A stretch of DNA of 32,340 nt from a virus (Duplodnaviria > Heunggongvirae > Uroviricota > Caudoviricetes): the IMG/VR virus record IMGVR_UViG_2711768060_000010; one strand, written 5' to 3'. Both the position numbers and the translations under genes were made by a program. Below are positions 1-7,738 of the stretch, in pieces. Numbering within the stretch: position 1 is the stretch's first letter; each line of letters opens with the position of its first letter. The notes below the pieces were generated by a model. That model had not been told where the DNA came from, did no database searches, and saw only the letters and a program-made list of their open reading frames with translations.

Positions 1-1053
1 CTATAGATCACCTGAATTAATAGAAAAGAGATCTTGGTGGGATTTCATTGATGCCAATGGATTAAATTTTAATGCAGCTTCCAAATGGTCTGGGGCAAGA
101 TGGGCATAGCGCATAGTCATTTTTATATCGTGGTGTCCCAGTATTTTTTGCAGTGCGAGTATATTTCCCCCGGACATCATAAAGTGAGCTGCAAAGGTAT
201 GTCGAAGGACGTGCGTGAGCTGGCCACGCGGCAGTATGATTGAGGTTTTATCCATCACTGATGCAAACTGAAAGTAGTAATCATCAAAAAACTTGAATCC
301 CTTCAGCGCTGTGATCTCTTCATAAAGTTCTTTGCTGATGGGGATGCTTCTATTTTTTTTACCCTTAGTCCTGGTGAAGGTGATGCGGTACTTAGTCACC
401 TGCGATCTGGTTAGGTTTACAGCTTCTCGCCATCGGGCGCCGGTGCTTAAACAAATCTTGACTACCAGCGTTAACAATTCGTTCTGGTGTTGGCAATCAT
501 AAAGCAATTCTGCAATCTGCTCGTGGGTTAGCCACGCCATTTCTTTTTCAGCGATGGTGAATTTGCGCATATTCTCCAAGGGATTAGGTTGCAACCATTC
601 CCCTAAACGGATCAGTTCACTAAAAGCACCGCTTAAATAGCTCTGCTCAAGATTGACGGTTACAGGGCTAGCGCCGTTTTTCCATTTTTCGCTGAAGTAA
701 ATTTCTCCGGTTAAACGCTTATCCCGATAATGAGCAAACATTTTTGGAGTGAGGGACGTGGCTAGGGGATTGCCTAGCGCATCTACTATCAAAATGAGTT
801 TTTCGTATACATGTTGTCCGGCAGACAAAGAGGTGCCGTGAAGTTTGTACCAAAGGTCTACGATATCCCTGAGAGTTCGACGATCTACCGTTTCTCCAAG
901 CCACGGTTTCGCCGCTGTTTCATCCATCGTATGGCGCTCAAATGCTAGCGCCTCGCCTTTGGTGGCAAACTGTTTTCTTACCCTGCGTCCGGAACGCCCG
1001 GAAGGGTAACACTCACAGATCCATCGACCTGTTTCAAGTTTACGAACTGCCAT
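1..1053 (-). CDS. int: Phage integrase, tyrosine recombinase (186/P2-type)
   Basis: 350-aa ORF; C-terminal tyrosine-recombinase motifs visible in translation (HVLRHTFAAH ... GHHDIKMTMRYAHL with catalytic Tyr; upstream TGARWRE Arg box). Lies downstream of the repressor on the same strand as in 186 (pL-cI-int). Stop codon is window bases 1-3, so attL lies outside the window. Confidence 0.9.
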   Translation of the reverse strand: MAVRKLETGRWICECYPSGRSGRRVRKQFATKGEALAFERHTMDETAAKPWLGETVDRRTLRDIVDLWYKLHGTSLSAGQHVYEKLILIVDALGNPLATSLTPKMFAHYRDKRLTGEIYFSEKWKNGASPVTVNLEQSYLSGAFSELIRLGEWLQPNPLENMRKFTIAEKEMAWLTHEQIAELLYDCQHQNELLTLVVKICLSTGARWREAVNLTRSQVTKYRITFTRTKGKKNRSIPISKELYEEITALKGFKFFDDYYFQFASVMDKTSIILPRGQLTHVLRHTFAAHFMMSGGNILALQKILGHHDIKMTMRYAHLAPDHLEAALKFNPLASMKSHQDLFSINSGDL

Positions 1054-1130
1054 TCCATACCCCTCAATAATGCTTATAGGGTATTTTTTACTGTTTATTT
1101 ATACAGTGTCAATGTTTGTTAAGTCTGGAT

Positions 1131-1751
1131 TCAAACATTGGACATAAGGTAGTAGTAGCATTTAGCCAATGGCTTAAGGTCGTTAATACCGCATTCAAAA
1201 GATTGGCCACCTGAAGCAGGTGTGACAAGAACTTTGCCTACTGGAACGCGGGTGAGTTGTTTGATACTTACTTTTCCTTCAATTTCTACAACCCATGTTC
1301 CATCTGATACTTCGTCGTTTTTCTGATCTGCTACATATTGAATGTCATCATCTAAGATGATCACCGGATTGATGAGGTGAGAGGGGATTATAGCCTTGTC
1401 AAACATGTAGAAATTTGAATCGAACAGATTTCCATCAATTATCTTTTTACGCGGAACAGTAACGACATCACCCAGTAAGTTCTCATTTGCGGATTTCTGT
1501 TCTTCAATTGAAGACTGTGCAGCAGAGCCACTGAATTTCTCACCTTTACCAAACGACAGCCACTCAACTGATGCGCCAGTTTCTATAGAGCACTGGATAA
1601 CCCAATCAGCAGGGAAGATGTCACGCATCCACCTTGTACCCATTGTACTGGTCGAAACATTCAACTGTTCACACAGAGCCTGCCTCGTCTTAAATCCATA
1701 AGCTTCAAGAAGCCTGTTAATAACGGCTTGACCTCCGTTTTTGAAATCCAT
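1131..1751 (-). CDS. cI: CI-like immunity repressor (phage 186 CI family, N-terminal HTH)
   Basis: 206-aa ORF leftward, directly upstream of int; N-terminal motif RLLEAYGF...STSTMGTRW resembles the 186 CI HTH region as I recall it; divergent from the rightward early operon. Confidence 0.7.
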   Translation of the reverse strand: MDFKNGGQAVINRLLEAYGFKTRQALCEQLNVSTSTMGTRWMRDIFPADWVIQCSIETGASVEWLSFGKGEKFSGSAAQSSIEEQKSANENLLGDVVTVPRKKIIDGNLFDSNFYMFDKAIIPSHLINPVIILDDDIQYVADQKNDEVSDGTWVVEIEGKVSIKQLTRVPVGKVLVTPASGGQSFECGINDLKPLAKCYYYLMSNV

Positions 1752-1763
1752 TATTTCGCCTCG

Positions 1764-1820
1764 GGAAAGTTAAAGGTTGACACTTTCCAAATGGAAAGTT
1801 ATTTTGCTGGCGAACTTTCC
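1764..1820 (+). promoter_or_regulatory. Lytic early promoter pR (TTGACA 1777-1782, 17-nt spacer, TATTTT 1800-1805) embedded in repeated GGAAAGTT/AACTTTCC operator half-sites
   Basis: Read directly: GGAAAGTT at 1764-1771 and 1793-1800, inverted copies ACTTTCC 1782-1788 and AACTTTCC 1813-1820; consensus -35 and near-consensus -10 with 17-nt spacing, pointing rightward toward the Apl-like gene and only about 26 bp from the cI start. Confidence 0.55.
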
Positions 1821-1887
1821 AAAAACAGATTGTTCACCCTTTATCACCGCTAGCCACGGTTAACGCTCAAATGAGGAATCTTGCACT

Positions 1888-2109
1888 ATGACCACGAACA
1901 TTTCAATCAGCCTGCCTGTGCCGTCTATCTCTAAAGAGAAATACATCGAACTCACTGGCTTATCTGAAGATACCGTTGACGCCATGCTTAAAGACGGCCG
2001 CTTACCACGCCATCGTCTTCGCAAAGACAAGGGGCGTGAAAAAGTGATGATCAACATAGCGGCAATGACGATTGACGCTCTGGCCGGTTCCAACGTCGTA
2101 ATCAACTAA
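1888..2109 (+). CDS. Apl/Cox/Cro-like small DNA-binding switch protein (putative excisionase/lytic repressor)
   Basis: 73-aa basic ORF, first gene of the rightward operon opposite cI; GAGGA about 10 nt upstream of ATG; position equivalent to 186 apl / P2 cox. Confidence 0.5.
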   Translation: MTTNISISLPVPSISKEKYIELTGLSEDTVDAMLKDGRLPRHRLRKDKGREKVMINIAAMTIDALAGSNVVIN

Positions 2110-2141
2110 TCCGATTTTGAGACGTACTGAGGGCGCTGACT

Positions 2142-2645
2142 ATGTTTGATTATCAGACTTCTAAACATGCTCATTTTGATGCCGCTTGCCGAGCATTTGC
2201 ACTGACACACAATCTGGAAGATGTGGCCGCTGCCGTTGGTATGCGCCCGCAACTGCTGCGCAATAAGTTAAACCCGCTTCAGCCTCACCGCCTGACCTGC
2301 GATGAACTTCTGGCCATCACTGACCACACAGAAGATGCGCGTCTGCTGGATGGAATGCTCGCGCAGATTAACTGTCTGCCGTCTGTTCCGGTCAATAACG
2401 CTACGGAAGGAAACATGCAGTTTTGCGCACTGAGCGCCACGGCCAGCGTGGGCGCGATTGCTGGGGAAGCAGTATCAACAGAGCACATGACCGCAGCCCG
2501 CCGAACCCAAATCCTTGATCGCGCCCGCGATGCAATCCGCAGCCTTTCTGTCCTGGCTTACACAGTTGAAGGCCGTATTCAATCCGCGCCGATTCTGGCG
2601 GCTGCCGTCGATATTGTGACGACTAACGCCACCGGCATGATGTGA
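2142..2645 (+). CDS. CII-like phage regulatory protein (186 CII / CP76 family)
   Basis: 167-aa ORF immediately after the Apl-like gene; size and position match 186 CII (169 aa). Confidence 0.55.
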   Translation: MFDYQTSKHAHFDAACRAFALTHNLEDVAAAVGMRPQLLRNKLNPLQPHRLTCDELLAITDHTEDARLLDGMLAQINCLPSVPVNNATEGNMQFCALSATASVGAIAGEAVSTEHMTAARRTQILDRARDAIRSLSVLAYTVEGRIQSAPILAAAVDIVTTNATGMM

Positions 2646-2654
2646 GGGATGACC

Positions 2655-2852
2655 ATGAAGCCTTTCGTTACTTACCTGAAAAAAGAATCTCCGCCTATGC
2701 AGTTGGCCAGTGGCTCAACCGGCTGGATCGAACTGCCTGATGGACAGCGCTGGAACCCGGCGCATAGCTACAAGTTCAATGGCAGCTTACCGCGCCGCAC
2801 GTGGATGCAGCGTATCTTCCGTTTGTTTGGAGGGCGCCAGAATGCCTATTGA
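2655..2852 (+). CDS. Hypothetical small early protein
   Basis: Protein-like translation (MKPFVTYLKKESPP...); GAGGG about 8 nt upstream of the ATG at 2655 (the in-frame ATG at 2649 is too close to the RBS). Confidence 0.4.
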   Translation: MKPFVTYLKKESPPMQLASGSTGWIELPDGQRWNPAHSYKFNGSLPRRTWMQRIFRLFGGRQNAY

Positions 2853-3270
2853 TAGCGAGAAGCAAAAGCGGGGGCTGGAGCACCTGCGGAACATTCGCCG
2901 GAAATATTTCAGCAACAGCAGTGAGGCCGCTGACTGGTGGGACAAGTTGAATCCTGAATGGCGCGGCGTTGTTCTGCATGCGGCTGCAGTCGCTTCCGGA
3001 TCGGATGTATTCAAAGCCCACCTTTCTAAATGTTGCTGGCGTGAGCTGTTCGAACGCCTGGACTACAGGGCGATGATTCAACTGCGCCAGGGCATATCCA
3101 GGGCGCGTCTGACGTTTGACGGGTTCGGAAGCCTCAGTGACCGTGACTTTTCAAAACAGAGCGCTAAGCGCCCGATTAAAAAGGCTCACCCGATCCGCAG
3201 TAATAACGGCGTACAGATGGTAATCGCGCCTCATATCGTTAACAAAATGCAGCAGCAGGAGGTCCACTAA
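2842..3270 (+). CDS. Hypothetical early protein (start trimmed to Met-45 of ORF 2710..3270)
   Basis: GGAGGG 7 nt upstream of ATG 2842; the longer N-terminal extension from 2710 is Ser/Arg/Cys-rich and overlaps the preceding ORF in another frame, so the internal start is preferred. Confidence 0.45.
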   Translation: MPIDSEKQKRGLEHLRNIRRKYFSNSSEAADWWDKLNPEWRGVVLHAAAVASGSDVFKAHLSKCCWRELFERLDYRAMIQLRQGISRARLTFDGFGSLSDRDFSKQSAKRPIKKAHPIRSNNGVQMVIAPHIVNKMQQQEVH

Positions 3271-3671
3271 TGGCCATTATTTCCGTAGACGCAAAAACAC
3301 TGGGGCAGGAGCTGGCCGCATGGTCTGTGCCGCACAATTACGCCATGCTCTTTCTGAAAAAAAGCACTGTGAAAAATGGCCGGGTGGCATTGCAGCCGTT
3401 TTTCTTCAACGACACGGAACACATGGCCAGCCAGCGCCACTGGCTGGCGGTCATTACGGCTTACTGGTGCTGCGTGTACCGTGAGGCAGAAAGCAAATAC
3501 CAGCAGGTTGAAGCGCTGGCTGGTATCCGCTCAATGTTCTACACCGCTGGCGCGTTAGGCGCAGGTGAAATCAAAGCGCTGATCCAAGAGTGGTGGCGGA
3601 ACACTTACGAGCTTCACCTGATTCCGGCGCCCAGCTATTCAGTTGCGCCCGCCGCCGTCCCTTTCCACTAA
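3270..3671 (+). CDS. Hypothetical early protein
   Basis: 133-aa ORF; start overlaps the previous stop (TAATG); followed by a terminator. Confidence 0.45.
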   Translation: MAIISVDAKTLGQELAAWSVPHNYAMLFLKKSTVKNGRVALQPFFFNDTEHMASQRHWLAVITAYWCCVYREAESKYQQVEALAGIRSMFYTAGALGAGEIKALIQEWWRNTYELHLIPAPSYSVAPAAVPFH

Positions 3672-3689
3672 TTAACCTACAGAATTTTT

Positions 3690-3720
3690 GGCCACCTCAG
3701 CCGTGGCCGGGGATTTTTTT
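3690..3720 (+). terminator. Rho-independent terminator
   Basis: GGCCAC ctcagcc GTGGCC hairpin followed by ggggaTTTTTTT, immediately after the stop of ORF 3270..3671. Confidence 0.6.
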
Positions 3721-3737
3721 GCCTAAAGGAAACTGAA

Positions 3738-3971
3738 ATGCATACGACACGTAATGAAATGACTGCGATTCGAACCGGTGACGAGCTGCTGGGCATGCTG
3801 GCGAAAGCCACGGCGGAAGGTAAGGCGGCAGCTGCCGATCTGTGCTCTGCGCGTCTGGAAAAGCTGGCCTCTCATGCGGCAAGCGAAGGGTTAAGCGCTG
3901 CGGAAATTGTGGAACTGGTACGAGAAGAAGCTATGGCTATTTGTAGCAAAGGCGGTGCGGCATGGAACTGA
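3738..3971 (+). CDS. Hypothetical early protein
   Basis: 77-aa ORF with AAGGA RBS upstream of ATG. Confidence 0.45.
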   Translation: MHTTRNEMTAIRTGDELLGMLAKATAEGKAAAADLCSARLEKLASHAASEGLSAAEIVELVREEAMAICSKGGAAWN

Positions 3972-4225
3972 CCAAACACGAACAAATCACAAACGAGCTG
4001 CTGATAGAGCACATCACTGCAAAGCTAGAACGTATCCCGCATCCAACCATCCGGGCATCAATGGCGTCGCAATGGGAAATAAATAAGCGCGTATTAGAAA
4101 TCGCACTGGCAGCGCTGAAGGCCAGTAAAGCACCGCGCGAGTATCAGAACGGATGGCCGCTAGATTACAGCGAGTATGCACAGGGGCGTAATGAGTGTCT
4201 GGATGAAATACGGGAGCCTGGATAA
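3962..4225 (+). CDS. Hypothetical early protein
   Basis: 87-aa ORF, overlapping starts/stops with neighbours (operon packing). Confidence 0.4.
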   Translation: MELTKHEQITNELLIEHITAKLERIPHPTIRASMASQWEINKRVLEIALAALKASKAPREYQNGWPLDYSEYAQGRNECLDEIREPG

Positions 4226-5091
4226 TGGAATTAAAAACCATTAAAACCCCGCTCAAATGGGTGGGCAGTAAAGCCCGCCTTATGCCGCAGCTGCGTCACC
4301 ATCTGCCGGAAGGTAAGCGCCTGGTTGAGCCGTTCGCCGGCTCATGCGCGGTGATGATGAATACGGACTATGACGAATATCTGATCGCTGATGTGAACCC
4401 GGATTTGGTCAATCTCTATAAGGTCGTGGCCTATCAGACAGAGGCTTTTCTGAAAGAGCTGGAGATCCTCTTTTCTGCCGGTTCCCTGGGCGATGGCGAA
4501 TCCCAGGCTGTTTTTTATTATGCAGTGCGGGATGCCTTTAACATGTCAGGCAAGGCTTCTGGCAGTGAAAGCGTTGAAGCTGCAGCGCGGTTCGTTTATC
4601 TGAACCGCCACGGTTTTAATGGGCTATGCCGCTATAACCGTCGTGGCATGTTCAACGTGCCATTTGGCAAATATAAAAAGCCATATTTCCCGGCAGATGA
4701 AGTTCGTGCGTTTGCAGAGAAGGCTAAGCGGGCAACGTTCATCACAGCACATTATTCCGAAACGCTGGATATGGTGCGCGATGGTGATGTGGTCTATTGC
4801 GATCCGCCTTATCTGACGGATTCCGGGAATTTTACCTCATACACTGAGGGTGGTTTCTCGCATCTGGATCAGGGCAGGCTGGCGCGTAAGCTGCGCCGCC
4901 TGGCCAGTAAAGGTGTGCCGGTGGTGGCCTCTAATGCCGATCTGGAAATGGTTCATTACCTGTACGCCGGGTTTGAAGCTGTGCGCATTAATGCCCCGCG
5001 CAGTGTTGGCGCCGCAGCTGCAAGCCAGAAAGTTGCCGCAGAGTTAATACTAAAGTCCCCGCTTGATTCCATAGCGGTGGCATGCGCATGA
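4225..5091 (+). CDS. dam: DNA adenine methyltransferase (Dam-like, N6-adenine MTase)
   Basis: 288-aa ORF; catalytic DPPY motif (YCDPPYL) and N-terminal AdoMet-binding region (KWVGSKARL ... EPFAGSCAV) visible in translation; overlaps the start of gene A by 10 nt. Confidence 0.85.
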   Translation: MELKTIKTPLKWVGSKARLMPQLRHHLPEGKRLVEPFAGSCAVMMNTDYDEYLIADVNPDLVNLYKVVAYQTEAFLKELEILFSAGSLGDGESQAVFYYAVRDAFNMSGKASGSESVEAAARFVYLNRHGFNGLCRYNRRGMFNVPFGKYKKPYFPADEVRAFAEKAKRATFITAHYSETLDMVRDGDVVYCDPPYLTDSGNFTSYTEGGFSHLDQGRLARKLRRLASKGVPVVASNADLEMVHYLYAGFEAVRINAPRSVGAAAASQKVAAELILKSPLDSIAVACA

Positions 5092-7109
5092 ATCCTGCCG
5101 CTAATGGCCAACATCACGCCGTCGATACCTGGCGGCGTGAGACGTTCGCGCCGGGTACGCCAGCTGATGCAACGATTACAGAGCGCCGCCTGTGGGCAGT
5201 TAACCCGCAGGATTACGAATGGCGCTCACAGTACCTTCATGAAATACCCGACTGGTTAGCCGGGTATTTTGGCAACCGCTACGAAAAACTTCTGGCTGGT
5301 CGTGATGGCCGTCGCCGTGCCAATACATTCCTGCGCAAAACCATCGGCGGGAATGTATTGCCACGTCTGCGGAAAGTGGCCGCGCGTTATGCGCTGGCTG
5401 AAGATGTCAGCGATCTCACCTTCGGAAAGGCTCTGCAGCGCCTGCCGTCGCTTGACCGCACCGATCTGAAAAAGCTATCTGGCCAGGTATCCAGTTGGAT
5501 GGCGCAAATGTTCTATGAGTTCACTGGCCAGCTGAAAGGAGCGCCGAAGGACGCGCGTGATATGCACCGGCGCACGCTGGACGCTTATCGTAACCTGTGC
5601 GCACTTTCGCTGATGCTGAACAATCAACCCCCGTACTGGGCTGAGCACGAAGCCAACGATGGGGTTCTGGAAACCCGCAAGGCTGAATCCGGCATTTTGC
5701 GCATGAAGGCGCCGGAATGGTGGTATCAGCGCCTGAAGCGTGCGCGTGATCTGCAGCGTGAACATCTGGCCATTGCCGTGGGGCAGGTACAGAAAGCGGC
5801 CAGCGCCTATGTATCACGCAAAACCCTGGGCGAATGGGTAGAGCAGAAAAAACGTAATCTGGAGTTCTTCAAAAAATTCGACCTGATGGACGAAGAAGGG
5901 AACCGCATTGCGCTGGATAGCATGGTGCATCGCAGCGTGGCTAACCCTGCGATCCGCCGATGTGAACTGATGGTGCGCATGCGTGGTTTTGAGGACATAG
6001 CCAATGAGCAGGGGCTTGCCGGTGAGTTCTACACTATAACCGCGCCTTCTCGCTTCCACGCGGTGCACAGTAAAGGCGGGTTTGTCTCTCAGTGGAACGG
6101 CTCCAGCCCGCAGGATACGCAGCGCTATCTGTGTAAGGTCTGGGCGAAGTGCCGCGCCGCCATTTCCCGTGCGGGTATCCACGTATTCGGCTTTCGCGTT
6201 GTAGAACCGCATCACGATGGCACGCCCCACTGGCATATGCTGCTGTTTATGCACCCCCAGGACGTGGACGCCGTGCGCGATATCCTTTGCTATCACGCCC
6301 GCATTGCAGATTCCGAAGAACTGCAGACACCCCACGCGCTTAAGGCGCGTTTTCACGTTGAGCCTATCGATCCCGAAAAAGGGTCGGCTACCGGCTATAT
6401 CGCTAAATACATCTCCAAAAACATCGACGGCTATGCGCTCGATGGTGAAGCCGATGAGGAAACCGGCGAAAACCTGCGTGATATGGCTAAGTCGGTGACG
6501 GCCTGGGCATCACGCTGGCGTATCCGGCAGTTCCAGCAGATTGGCGGGGCGCCTGTCACCGTGTGGCGTGAATTACGTCGCCTGGGCGATCAGCGCCTGA
6601 CTGATGCCCGGATGGATGCCGTGCTCGCTGCTGCTGATGTTGGCGACTGGGCAGCTTATACCCAGTTGCAGGGCGGGGCGCTGGTTGCCCGCCGCGATCT
6701 GATTGTTCGCCTGGCTTACGAAATTACAGAGCAGGGCAACGAGTATGCCGAAGATGTGCAGCGCGTTCAGGGCATCTATTCACCTCACATTCCAGATTCT
6801 GAAGTTTGCACGCGTCTGGTGAAGTGGCAGAAGGTTGCGAAGTTGGCCGAAGCGCCAGCGGAGGCTGGTTTTTCTGGCGGCAACGCCGCCCCTTGGAGTT
6901 CTGTCAATAACTGTACGGAGGGAGGAACCCGGAGACGGTTAAAACTGGAACTGAACCAGCGAGGGTTTGCCGGAACGGATGAAGAAATCGACATTCTGAA
7001 GCGGGGTGGCGGTCTCAAATTTGGCCGATCTGCCCTGATTTACAGGGAAGGGAGGTTGCAGGAGAAACGGAACAATCCGGAAGATGAGCAATGGCCAGGC
7101 TGGCAGTAA
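5082..7109 (+). CDS. Replication initiation endonuclease gpA (rolling-circle HUH protein, P2 A / 186 A-like)
   Basis: 675-aa ORF; HUH motif TPHWHMLLF and active-site Tyr motif GYIAKYISKNIDGY visible; size and position as in P2/186. Confidence 0.85.
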   Translation: MRMNPAANGQHHAVDTWRRETFAPGTPADATITERRLWAVNPQDYEWRSQYLHEIPDWLAGYFGNRYEKLLAGRDGRRRANTFLRKTIGGNVLPRLRKVAARYALAEDVSDLTFGKALQRLPSLDRTDLKKLSGQVSSWMAQMFYEFTGQLKGAPKDARDMHRRTLDAYRNLCALSLMLNNQPPYWAEHEANDGVLETRKAESGILRMKAPEWWYQRLKRARDLQREHLAIAVGQVQKAASAYVSRKTLGEWVEQKKRNLEFFKKFDLMDEEGNRIALDSMVHRSVANPAIRRCELMVRMRGFEDIANEQGLAGEFYTITAPSRFHAVHSKGGFVSQWNGSSPQDTQRYLCKVWAKCRAAISRAGIHVFGFRVVEPHHDGTPHWHMLLFMHPQDVDAVRDILCYHARIADSEELQTPHALKARFHVEPIDPEKGSATGYIAKYISKNIDGYALDGEADEETGENLRDMAKSVTAWASRWRIRQFQQIGGAPVTVWRELRRLGDQRLTDARMDAVLAAADVGDWAAYTQLQGGALVARRDLIVRLAYEITEQGNEYAEDVQRVQGIYSPHIPDSEVCTRLVKWQKVAKLAEAPAEAGFSGGNAAPWSSVNNCTEGGTRRRLKLELNQRGFAGTDEEIDILKRGGGLKFGRSALIYREGRLQEKRNNPEDEQWPGWQ

Positions 7110-7191
7110 TAGCCTGTAAGTGTGTGATATGTAAAACGTAAATTGTTACTGGTGTGAATAAAAAAATTCACAATTAATGCTTTTGAGTGTA

Positions 7192-7207
7192 CTGTATGTT
7201 TATACAG
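7192..7207 (+). promoter_or_regulatory. LexA box (SOS operator) over the -10 of a rightward promoter
   Basis: taCTGTatgtttatACAGtt: exact CTGT-N8-ACAG core with AT-rich spacer; upstream TTCACA (7167-7172) as -35, 17-nt spacer, TACTGT as -10 overlapping the box; 22 nt upstream of the RBS of the following ORF. Confidence 0.7.
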
Positions 7208-7228
7208 TTGTTTGCGTGGGAGGATACT

Positions 7229-7441
7229 GTGCAGGATTTATTTTTTGAAACCGTTGCCTTTCAACGGATCGCTTTAGTTGCAAAACTTATGGCAACCGCT
7301 GACTGTTCTGAAGATGAAAAGGATGTGGCGCTGGCCTGGCTTGGAGAGATGACGCAGGAACTGGGAAGGAAGCTGGATCAGTATGAAAAAAAACACCCCC
7401 ATAATGGGGGCGATTCAGGCGGCAGGGGCGGCTTTCAGTAA
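7229..7441 (+). CDS. LexA-regulated small protein; candidate Tum-like antirepressor/SOS-induction factor
   Basis: GTG start 7229 preceded by GGGAGG (7218-7223); about 70 aa; position after gene A and LexA control parallel phage 186 tum, but the product is shorter than 186 Tum and its identity is inferred from context only. Confidence 0.4.
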   Translation: MQDLFFETVAFQRIALVAKLMATADCSEDEKDVALAWLGEMTQELGRKLDQYEKKHPHNGGDSGGRGGFQ

Positions 7442-7738
7442 ATCCAGAGCCATTTGCTTCTGATTGGGTGACAGATTTTTTAATAAGGTTTGTACCAGAG
7501 CGTCACCCGTTTTAGCGCTGGGGCTGAGAGTGTGGGAAAACGTCAAATTCATAACAAAAGTGTGCCCACACTCCACATCTGCGCATGCGCAGTAAATATC
7601 TGCAATCTGGCGGTGCTTTCGGTTAGTTTTGCGAATCACAGCCTTAGATCCGCACTCCGGACATTCAATTTTCAGGACTCTCATATTCCATTCTCCGGCT
7701 GTCAAATAATGCCTGGATTTTAGCCTTTTTTGACTCAT
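7415..7738 (-). CDS. Ogr/Delta-family zinc-finger transcriptional activator (late gene activator candidate)
   Basis: Cys pattern CPEC...RKTNR...YCACADVECGHTF parallels Ogr/B (CPxC...RTSR...QCxNxxCxxTF); the ATG at 7738 overlaps the portal stop (ATGA), alternative internal start at 7684 has a GGAG RBS. Confidence 0.65.
   Translation of the reverse strand: MSQKRLKSRHYLTAGEWNMRVLKIECPECGSKAVIRKTNRKHRQIADIYCACADVECGHTFVMNLTFSHTLSPSAKTGDALVQTLLKNLSPNQKQMALDLLKAAPAA

Noticed and set aside
2710-2841. N-terminal 44 codons of ORF 2710..3270
   Set aside because: Overlaps the protein-like ORF 2655..2852 in another frame, translation is Ser/Arg/Cys-rich, and a good RBS precedes the internal ATG at 2842; treated as a spurious extension.
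7153-7172. TGTGAA-N8-TTCACA dyad as a CRP site
   Set aside because: CRP sites have TGTGA-N6-TCACA spacing; here the half-sites are 8 nt apart, so it is reported only as an unassigned dyad inside the LexA-box finding.
7187-7228. Upstream GTG start (7187) for the LexA-regulated ORF
   Set aside because: This start lies inside the LexA box and promoter -10 and has no RBS; the in-frame GTG at 7229 has a GGGAGG RBS at the right spacing.
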